A stretch of 63,874 nucleotides of DNA, the filler included, from Kipferlia bialata (lineage: Eukaryota), in assembly GCA_003568945.1 (NCBI GenBank). It is 6 parts of 6 records of this genome, joined end to end, with 100 filler letters (N's around TTAATTAATTAA, not from the genome) between each part and the next. Parts side by side here need not be neighbours in the genome. Positions count along the whole stretch, not along the records: positions 53,326 to 63,874 come from BDIP01001408.1; 5 more parts are not named here. One strand, written 5' to 3'. Every line of letters begins with the position of its first letter. Position 1 is the stretch's first letter. The notes beneath the pieces are model-generated. The model was not told where the DNA came from, ran no database searches, and saw only the letters and a program-made list of their open reading frames with translations. This document shows positions 53,390-63,874 of the stretch, one piece after another. The position numbers were made by a program, and so were the translations under genes.

Positions 53390-54496
53390 GTGGGCCATGT
53401 GCTGCCACAAGGACAGCCGCAGACAGGTGAGACATATGAATACAGCATATGCTGTCTACATTGGCATTTCACCAGTGTATACGTATGGGTGTACACTTCT
53501 TTTATACCTCCTCTTTCCCAAGGTCCTCCAGGCCCAGTACCCCGTGTACCTCTCTCTCCCTCTCTTTCTCTCTCTCTCTCTTCCAATATACCCCTCACCC
53601 CAGGTCCTTCAGGCCCAGTACCCCGTGTACCTCTTCCCACTCATATCGTCATCCCCAGCAGACAGGGAACTGAGGTATATTAGTATATGACTATATATAT
53701 ATATATACTTGTATTGTATACAGTGTACCTCTTCCCACTCATATCGTCATCCCCAGCGGACAGGGAACTGAGGTGTGTGTGACCAGTGGTCCTCCCTCTC
53801 TATGTCTACACAGCAGTACTCTCTCTCTCTCTTTGTCTCTTGCTACACCCCTCACTCCCAGGCGTCTTCACACTCTCTCTCTCTCTCTCTCCCCCCCCCC
53901 TCCCTTCCTACACCCCTCATTTCCAGGCGTATCTTCATCTCTGCCCTCTCTGTCTTCACAGCCATGGTCTCTCTCTCTCTCTCTCTCTGTATCTTCCTAG
54001 ACCCTCATTCTCAGGCGTATCTTCATCTCTGCCCTCTCTGTCTTCACAGTTTCTGTCTCTCTCTCTCTCTCTCTCTTGCTAGACCCTTATGCCCAGGCGT
54101 ATCTTCATCTCTGCCCTCTCTGTATTCACAGCAATGGTCAAGACAGACGACCCGGTAGTCATCAGATTCTTCGTAAACAGGTAATTATACCATTCAAATA
54201 TTTGAATATACTGAACATAATATAGTTATATCTGTGGATATATGGTCAAGACAGACGACTCGGTCGTGATACGGTTCTTCGTCAATAGGTATTAATGGTG
54301 TTACATATATTAGTATGGATATACTGAACATAATACCTGTGTAGATATGGTCAAGACAGACGACCCAGTAGTCATCAGATTCTTTGTCAACAGGTGTGAT
54401 ATAACGCATAATTATCTCTCTTTCACTCTGCCGTTACCATTCGCTCATTGGGATAGTGGCATCCCTCAATGTACATAGCACACATACCCCCCCCCC

Positions 54497-54538
<42 letters not shown>

Positions 54539-55787
54539 CCTTCTCTTATCATCAGTGAGATTGTAGCCACTGCCCTGAATGTAGTGCTGTCCCCTGACCA
54601 GTTGGGCAGACAACTGGCACTGGGCATCATCAAGCACATGTCCATGCATGAGGTATAGTCATTATTATACACTACATATTACATATATATGCTATATCTC
54701 TGTGTGCGTCTCTCTCTCTCTCTAGACCCTTATACTAGGATGGCATCAGGCACATCTGCTCCACCCCAGAGAGAGTGGGGGCTATGCTATCTGCACTGAG
54801 CAGGGTAGTAGAGATGGTTAACAGGTACATAGAGCACTATATATTTGTATATGCGTTATATGTGTATATTGCATGTATTTGTATAAGTGAGTGGGGGCCA
54901 TGCTATCAGCACTAAGTAGGGTAGTGGAAATGGTCAATAGGTTAGTGCATGTATATATATGTGTGTGTACATATGTATGAGTGTGTACACTGTATTTACC
55001 TCCAGAGAGGTCGAGAGGCAGGGTGACGACATGTCTGAGCTCTGCTGAATAGTATTCACTATATACTGTTGTATATCACTTATTATATCTCTATATATAC
55101 CCTTCTAACCCCTTCAGGGAGGTCGAGAGGCAGGGTGACGACATGTCTGAGAGGAGTGTCAAGAGGATGTCCAGCATAGTGTCAGACACACTGCAGGTGT
55201 GTATAGTATACATAGTATGTAAAGTATAAACATATGTATATGTATATAGTGTCAGACACACTCCTGGTGTGCACCCTCTCATCTATGCATGTTTCATCTG
55301 TTGCATTCCATCATTATCCATATATATACCCATACTTATCCCTAGATCATGGCCCGTGTTGTGACCCACCTCAAGGGCAGGGTCAGCAAGGACATTGTGC
55401 CGGAGAGGCTGCAGGGGCTGCTTAAGTCAAGTATGTACAATATTGATATATATTATATATTATTATATATATATATATATATGTGTGTGTGTATGTGTAT
55501 GTCTTACCCCATTGTGCCAGAGAGGCTGCAGGGGCTGCTCAAGTCAAGTGCGTAATTTACAAGTCTCATTCTCTCTCTCTCCTCTCTAATATCTCATTCC
55601 TAGGCTTTGTGCTCCAGACCGTGTCCCTGTCTCCCATACCTCTCTCTCTCTCTCTCTCTCTAATTGTCTTTATTATACTATTCAAACCTTACCCTAAGGC
55701 TTTGTGATCCAGACCGTGTCCCTGTCCCCCAAGAACAAGGCCGCTGTCACCACCCTATCCTCACTGGGAGCAGGGCAGGCATCTTAG
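53390..55787 (+). CDS. CNOT9: CCR4-NOT subunit CNOT9/Rcd1/Caf40 (5' partial)
   Basis: Spliced peptide VLQAQYPVYLFPLI...RIFISALSVFTAMVKTDDPVVIRFFVNSEIVATALNVV...DGIRHICSTPERVGAMLSAL matches Rcd1 motifs (IPLFLYPFL; ALVKTDEQEVINFLL; GLAYICQTYER). TAG at 55785-55787. Confidence 0.8.
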
Positions 55788-56557
55788 ACAGAGAGAGAGA
55801 GAGAGAGGGAGACTGTCTGGTATTATGGGTCTAGAGAGAGAGATGGAGAGAGAGGTCGTTCCTAGGACCAGAGAAGGTCGTGTAGAGAGAGGCTGAGGGG
55901 TTGTCGACCCCCTCGTGTAGTTAGAGAGAGAGAGTAGTGCATTATCCCGGGCACATTGGGTGTTCCCTTTTGTTGTTGTAGTTCTTTTGTTTAGCAGGTT
56001 GTTCAGTCTCAGAGAGAGAGAGAGGCTGGAGTTGGGTATATCTGATATGGTATGCCGACAATCTGCCTTGTTAAGTGTCTTGTGTTGCCGAATGCGTGTA
56101 TCAAATAGACAAGGGAGTGTTCACAATTGTTCATATAGTTTCTCGTACACATCTATAGCTATGCAACTAATGTCGCTGACACCTCTGTTCGTGGCCATTC
56201 CACCTGGTACGTAACATGAACTACCATATTACACAGGATTGTAATAATATCAAAGTTCAAAAATGTCGAGCCTAACACGACAGAGAGTATGGATCATACT
56301 AGTAAGAATCCTCATCATAGTTACTATGAATCAGATTCATTGTAGTGTAGGAAAGATCCCAGGAGCACAGTTTGGCCTACCCCTGGGGACTTGTTTCACC
56401 ACAAACCAAATACATTTCTGTACTTCGCTACTGTACATATTCCATCACTCATTTACTGGTACATATATTCAATACCACTGGTACGGATGCCCGAATTGGG
56501 TGGGTATAGATAGATCACTTGCAGAAACTCTAATCAACTACACCCCGTAGTCATTGC

Positions 56558-59500
56558 CTAGTTCCTCCTCCTACCGTTCCGTCTCCCTCTACGGCAGATG
56601 TCCGGCTGTGAAGCAGGCTTGGGACCAGCCCTGTGCCACTTCTGCTCCTTCCGTCTCTTCTGATCCTGATAGTACCTCATCTTCTCCTCTTCGTTCTCAA
56701 ACAACACCCCGAAAGAGTACTGTCCCCTTCTGTAGCCTTGGCGGATGAAGAAGGGTTCGTCGAGAATCTTCGTCTTGTCTGCCTCACTCTTCAAGTTGAC
56801 AATGACCTTGGAGTCCTTGTAGGAGAAGTATACGCTCTTGGGCTTAACCCCACACACGTTTCCCATCTTTTTGCGTATAGCCTCCTCCGTGAGACCCATA
56901 CCTGAACGCCGCTCGACACTGGGTCTTGGATAACCGACGTATCTGACCCTGCGTTAGTATCAATTGCGCGTCACAACAGAGGATTTGCAATTATCTAGGA
57001 CATGTACCCACCTGTATCCCATTCTGATCAGGTCCTCTCTCATATCCTTGGCATTCGATATGTCACGAGAAAAGACAAGCGAGGTCTTGGGGATGTCCTA
57101 CACGTTAGACAGGTATGCTGGAGTATATAGTGAGACTCATTATATATCATTATAATAATGAGTGACGTGGGAAAGAGGTTGTGAGCAGGAAGGAAGAGGG
57201 GAATCACGCGGGAAACAGCATGGAATGGTCTGTGGTATATCACCTGGACTCTGACATACTATGATATTCTAACAAATAATATGAATCATAGTCTATGATA
57301 TACTGTGATATGTTATATCACCTGTACTCTGGTTGGGGCCCCACTAAGTATATATATAGTATATATATATAGTATATAGTGTGTATATTACACTATATAA
57401 ATATCACCTGGACTGTGGTTGGGGGCCCACTAAGTANNNNNNNNNNNNNNNNNNNNNNNNNNNNNNNNNNNNNNNNNNNNNNNNNNNNNNNNNNNNNNNG
57501 TATATATATAGTATATAGTAAACTATATATATATTATGTATATTACACTATATATATCACCTGGACTGTGGTTGGGGGCCCATCCACTAGGTAGGTGTAG
57601 GGGTTAGGCAGGCCAGTCAGGTCACAGAGCTCAAGGGTCTGAGGGTTGGGCCTTGGGGTAAGTACTAATCCAAGGAGGTACACATACATGAGACTAAGTA
57701 CAGCATTCTCTTGTACCTGAATACACAAGGATCCCTGTCGGGGTCTACTCTGTAGTCCGGCACTGGGTATGCTAGGGGAGCCTGTCGGTGAGACACGATA
57801 CTCTAGAGTAACGTATTCACCTCATATCCATAACGAAACTATCAATTACTGGTGAGAAAATGTATTGGTGAGACATTAGGACAGTAAAGTATAGAGTAGA
57901 ATCAATAACCCTCATTCCATTTACACATATCAAGATATTACAATGTGTAGGAAGTGTACCTGGTTCTCAGCAGAATCATTGGAGCAGGGTACAAAGTATA
58001 GCCTTCCGGTATCAGCTGTCCCCTGGTTGTCTATGTCCGAATGTCCCTGGCCATAAGTGCAACAAACCACTTGAGCGTTAAGTGAAATAGTTGATGGAGT
58101 GGATTCAACCTGCTCAGTGAGTCTGGCAAAGCTCTCGCGGAGCTCAGTGTCGTCCAGGGTGAGGAAGGTGTAACCCTGATCCCTGTTGACACCCTCTGTC
58201 TCACTCTCATCTCCACCACACGTCATATCCCCAGCCTCATTGCCAGGTTGAGGAGCGGGCTCAAGTACCACGTCCATAGCAAGGCCCGTGAATACAACGG
58301 GAGAGCCCAGAGACTCAGAGGTAGCGCCAAACTCTCTCCCCTTTCCCCTGTCGCTATCCAGCTCCACTTGGCCTTCTGACACACATACCCCTGCTGGCAC
58401 AGTGGCCTCTGCAAAGTAGTGCATGTGTGCAGCCCACCAGTGTGCCTGAGAGTGAGTGATGACACACTAATTGACTATATGAAATGAGTGTATGAGTATA
58501 CCAGTCATATATCATGTGGGCGGCCACCAGAGTGTCTGGGAGTGAGTGAATATTGATTTTAAAGATAGTACTTCAAGTAAAGAGACTCTGTGGAGCCCAA
58601 ATGAAGGATACAACGATATGGTATGATATTTCGACAGTAATATACTGAGTATGCGTTTGTAATTGGACTTGCCTCGCCAATGACCGGAATAGCACCACTT
58701 GTGATGTCTGTGAGTAGACCGGTAGAGAGTGGCGAACCCTGCTCTCCTGCGCATTTCTCGTGCTGGGAGTTAATATGTTCATCAGTAAATACGTTAACAT
58801 GTTTAGAGATCAGTACTCAGGCTAAACTGTATAATTATAGAATAGTTAACAGGATTTGTTATTTAAATAATGTGAATACTATATATACATATGTATATAT
58901 GTATATATATATATATATACAATGGCTACCTTAGGAATGTACACAAAGTGCTCGTTGGGAGTGGTGACGATTGTGGGCCTGTCGTAAAAAGGTGTATTGG
59001 ATTTGCATCACAACATGACTATAGGAGATAGATTAGACACATACCAGTCGTGAGTGAGTACAGTTGTCTTCAGCTGGGGCTGTCTACTGAGCGTGTGTCT
59101 GAGGGGGTCTACCTCTGCCCTCCTGTGGTGGAAGCAGGATTCAATACTGCCCTGATTCGTGAGAATATACAATAGAATTATAAATATTTACATAACTTTT
59201 GTATATTCATGTATATACATGGCATTACCGAGAGACACACACACATATATATACCAACAAGAATATAGTACCGGGGCTGTAACAGGCTCCATGTACGTAG
59301 AGTGAGTTGAGAGATTGGGGCAAATACACTGTAACATCTGAATGACCTAGCCTTCATAATAGAGTAGTATTGAGTACCTGGTCAAACTGGGTGGGATTGT
59401 AGTCTCTCTCTTCCTTGGCACTGCTGGCATCGTAGATACCACTGATACCAGCCACTCTCAGGTGCCTATCACCCAGGACAAAGTCTACTGCCCCAACACG

Positions 59501-60357
59501 GCCTGGGTGAGATATCAATAGAATAGTATCATTACACTGTAAGTAATTATACTAATTTGAGTAGTTCATGAAAATCTACTGCCCCAACGCGGCCTAGGTG
59601 AGAAGAGATATGATAAATAGGGGTAAAGGAGGGACATGATCACGTACCCATGTAGTACACGTTGTGTGCAATCTCATTGTATTATACTATTCACTATGCA
59701 TTACATACTATGTAACATAGCCCTACCCATGTAGTACACGTTGTGTGCAATGTACCCCCCGTATGGCAGCTCCTCTAAGTAGAGAGAGGCCTCGTGGTTG
59801 CCACCCACGTAGATGACGGGGACAGGCATAACGAGAGTACCTGGGTGTTAGTGGATGTGCATACATACTAAATGTATACAAATATATGAATATGTACATA
59901 TAGAGAGAGAGAGATGACAGGGACAGGCATGACTATGGAACCTGGGTGTTAGTGGATGTGCATACATACTAAATTTATACAAATATATGAATATGTACAT
60001 ATAGAGAGAGAGATGACAGAGACAGGCATGACTATGGAACCTGGGTGTTAGTGGATGTGCATATACACTAAATTTATACAAATATATGAATATGTACATA
60101 TAGAGAGAGAGATGACAGGGACAGGCATGACTAGGGTACCTGGGAGTTAGTAGATGCCTATATATAAAGAGAGAGAGAGAGTTCCGATATCAGATCACAG
60201 GTACAGGCATGACTATGGAACCTGACTGTTAGTGGATATATATATGTACATCTATATATATATATATTAGCATTGAGAGAGAGAGAGATAAATATAAGGG
60301 ATGATAAATGACGGGGACAGTCATGACTAGTACCTGGGAGTCAGTATACATCTGATA

Positions 60358-60393
<36 letters not shown>

Positions 60394-61037
60394 TTATATA
60401 TTTATAGAGAGAGAGGGAGAGATGTTGACGACGATAAATGTCAGGGTTAGGCAGGAGTACCTGGGAGTTGGCAGAGTATTTACATATATATACATATATA
60501 CATATATGGAGAGAGGGAGAGAGTTCTTCAGATGACGGACCGTCACCATGGCGGTACATATATATGACAAGGAAACCTGGAAGATAGGTTCGGAGAGAGA
60601 GAGTTGGAGTAATGTATACGGTATATACATGCACTGTCTATACAGTATATATACCCCGGTTAAGACCTGAGAAGGAAACCTATAAGTTACTAGATGACCA
60701 CATATATTGAAATAGAGAGACATGGAGAAGACTAGATAGTATCTTACTATTGGTATGTAAGTAGATGAGGAGAGAGTAAGATGTACCTATACCGCATATT
60801 GTTAATGTAGGAGGTTGTCTTACCATTCAAGAGGCCTTGGAAGGAGTTCATGTTCTTTCTGAGCTCATCAGAGAACTGTGTGAGCGCCAATACTGTTATA
60901 TATGTGATGTACATATATATACTACTAAGTACATATATAACATGTAGTAGTGTAAACATAGTAAATGGCCAGCGCACAGGATAAAAATGTCACTCACCCT
61001 CGGAGGCATGCGTCCGAACTGGATACCGAACTTATCC
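56558..61037 (-). CDS. DBR1: Lariat debranching enzyme DBR1 with in-frame C-terminal RRM/xRRM-like extension; N-terminal motifs missing
   Basis: MNSFQGLLNG|TLVMPVPVIYVGGNHEASLYLEELPYGGYIAHNVYYMG; RVAGISGIY; VLTHDW; QGSP; HWWAAHMH; C-terminal PNPQTLELC. All are DBR1 hallmark motifs, in order. Confidence 0.9.
59841..60140. repeat. ~100-bp near-identical tandem repeat x3 (intronic spacer + acceptor + DBR1 exon-head echo)
   Basis: Unit ctgggtgttagtggatgtgcatacatactaaa...gatgacagggacaggcatgactatggaac read three times. Confidence 0.9.
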
Positions 61038-61218
61038 CTTTGAGTAAGACAGATAATGGGAAAATGAATAGGAGAGAGAGAGGAGGACTTATAGTGCAAG
61101 ACAGATAAGTTGGCGGTGGAAAGGGGGAGGGGGGGGGGGGGGGGGGAAACCCCCCCCGGGGGGGGAAAGGGAGAGAGAGAGAGAGAGAGAGAGAGAAGGA
61201 GCAGAAGAAGGTACTCAC

Positions 61219-63249
61219 CATCTGCTCTGGTGGCACTGGCCTTGTGTCGTTGTATGCCGTGGGGATGGGGGTGGGGATGACGCTCTCATCTATGAGGGCC
61301 CACCTAGGGTCAAATAGAGTGGTATATGGAATTGCATCAACACTTTACACGTTTAGCATAACATACTCAAATTTCCCATGCACTCTCTTTGTACATGTCT
61401 TCTTGGAGTCGAGCATTATCTATCTCTATGTATATTCAAATCAGTCCCTGTGAATGAATACTATACCATTCCACTCTATATCACACTACAAACCTCTGTA
61501 CTCTCTTTGCACATGTCTTCTTGGAGTCGAGCATGATCTTGTACACCCTCTTGTTCTGGTGGTCGGACACACCGCCTGTGTAAGTATAACACAATGAATA
61601 TATACTGAATATACACAGGCAAGGTATACATATTTACACATCTATATATATGTATAACAAATTGAATTTATGAAATAATAGAGAGAGAGAGAGAGAGAGA
61701 CTTTACCTGTTGCCCACACTTCAAACTCCTTGTACATTTCTCTCTCTCTCTGATACATAAATATATATGTGTGTGAATATATATACATATCGTACCTGTA
61801 GCCCACACTTCAAACTCCTTGTACAGGCCCCATATGTCATCCAGGGCAAGGTGGGGGTACTGCAGAGCACTTACATAGGCCTAAGGTGAGGTTTCTATAC
61901 AATAGTACATAGTGTGTGAGAGAGAGAGAGAGAGAGAGATGTTGGGGTACTGAAGAGCACTGGCATATGTCTATATAGGGTAAGGCCTCTATATAGTAGT
62001 ACATATGTGTATGTATACACACAATCACTTACGTTTCTGACCCTCAGTGCACCCTTCTGGACATCCAGAGAGGGCTCACCCTCCTCCTCCTGGGATGAGT
62101 GAGGGATATGCGAGACAAGAATAGTGAATACTGAGATACGGGGGATAAGGCTATGCATCTACATACACACACCTTCAGGTTGAGGATACTGCGGACCAGG
62201 GTGACATACTCAGTCCAGAGGGGACCTGAGGGTAAGAGAGAAAGACGCACCCACACATATAAATATACATTGAGAGAGAGAGAGAGAGGACCTTACTCAG
62301 CCCAGAGGGGGCTTGCAGAAAAAGAAGGAGAGAGGATGGGAAGAGAGAGAGAGAGCCCACTGATAATACTAGTTAGATATCCATCTATATATAGTAAATG
62401 TACCTGAATACAGAGAATATCCGACTCTAGCCAATTCAAAGCCGTATGTATCATCGTATACCAGTCTCTCCAATATATATATATATATGTATCCAATCTA
62501 CCTGAGTACAGGAAGTATCCGACTCTAGCCAATACAAACTCGTATGCCTCAATAATTATAAATCAATATACATGAATACACTGTACCTGAATACAAAGAG
62601 TATCCCACTCTCGCTAGCACAAACTCGTATGCATCAATATATACACAACGTATGTACCTGAATAGAGTGAGTACCCTACTCTTGCTAGTACAAACTCGTA
62701 TGCATCGATGACACTGTTCAGCAGCAGGGCCTTGCCAGGGAGGCGGAAGAAGGCACGGCACTCGTCAGAGCCTAATATGAGAACATGTATAAAGAGAGAG
62801 AGAGAGAGAGAGAGATGAAGGTAGGCGGAAGAAGGTGCGGCACGCATCAGGGCCATACTCTTTTGAGACAGTTGGGTACCTGGCTTTCCTGGGACTCCAT
62901 TGGTGATGAGGATGAACCTGATGTACTCCTGGGGTGACTAAAGGGGTGTAGAGGGAGAGAGAGACAGAGAGTAGATGGAAGAACCTGATGTATTCCTGGG
63001 GTGAATAAAGGGTGTAGAGGGGGAGAGAGAAATGAGGGAGCGAAAGAGAGAGTGACATGGTGTGAACATAGAGAATAGATAGGGGGCGCAATATCACACA
63101 TACATGGCTCCAATACCGAGCATTCAGGATATATATGTGCATATACATATTTATAGGTGTATATATATACATATACCTTGCTGATGTCGAGGCTGAGCAG
63201 CTTGGGCATGCAGCACCTGATACCACTGTATACACAACAGTAATACTAT

Positions 63250-63283
<34 letters not shown>

Positions 63284-63390
63284 CAGGTGTGTATATACTA
63301 GTATGAATACCTTGCTGATGTCGAGGCTGAGCAGCTTGGGCATGCAGCACCTGAGGACATCGCGGGCAGAGGGAATGTCGAAGGTGCCTA
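61219..63390 (-). CDS. CSTF3: CstF-77/Rna14/Suppressor-of-forked-like HAT repeat protein, N-terminal portion
   Basis: CMPKLLSLDISK|EYIRFI; IDAYEFVLARVGYSLYSG|PLWTEYV; AYVSALQYPHLALDDIWGLYKEFE match the CstF-77 HAT-N motifs in order. Confidence 0.65.
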
Positions 63391-63819
63391 GTGTGAGTAT
63401 ATATATAAAACATGCTTATAAATATATAGAGAGAGATTCCTAGTAGTAAATAAATATATATATATGGTATATATACATCTGAGGACATCCCGGGCGGAGG
63501 GGATGTCGAAGGTGCCTGAAGGTAAGAACTAAAGTGAAAGTATCATATATATATGGAGAGTGATTATCAGTATTGATATATGTTACAAACGCATGAGGAC
63601 AGAGGGGATGTGGAAGGTGCGTTGGGTTAGAATATGTGAATATATATAATCATATCTACACAGGTCGAAGGTGGGATATACCATATGTGTATACCTTCGT
63701 CTGTCTCCTCCACCCTCTCTAGTGACAACAGTGAATGATACTGAATCATACTAAGGATATATAATACCTTGCTCTGTCTCCCCCACCCTCTCCCCCTCGT
63801 TGATCTCTCTCGAGTAAGA

Positions 63820-63874
<55 letters not shown>

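Noticed and set aside
56558..63390. Single CstF-77-DBR1-xRRM fusion protein
   Set aside because: Exon phases are incompatible at 61219/61037 and the junction is low-complexity. Reported only as a probable misjoin.

Overview
This is eukaryotic, very intron-rich protist DNA. The branch point sits directly against the 3' splice site, which suggests a metamonad such as Kipferlia bialata (inference). The window is six unrelated ~10.55 kb scaffolds joined by artificial 100-nt N44-TTAATTAATTAA-N44 spacers. Hand-spliced genes: a tandem pair of coiled-coil paralogs, two RNI-like LRR genes with one repeat per exon, a large helical/coiled-coil protein, a filamin/Ig-like repeat protein, an EF-hand+WD40 (WDR49/EFCAB8-like) protein, a PQ-loop membrane protein, a long coiled-coil protein, an eIF3f-like MPN protein, CNOT9/Rcd1, DBR1 with an in-frame xRRM-like tail, and the 5' part of CstF-77/Rna14. 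The most striking signal is 'exon echoes' in scaffolds 2, 3, 4 and 6. Introns carry polarised arrays of half-exon copies: acceptor+exon-head copies upstream of each true exon and exon-tail+donor copies downstream, separated by microsatellite spacers. These copies differ from the true exon mostly at synonymous sites, which implies protein-level selection on apparently untranslatable sequence. All gene models are manual, and coordinates of multi-exon genes are approximate.
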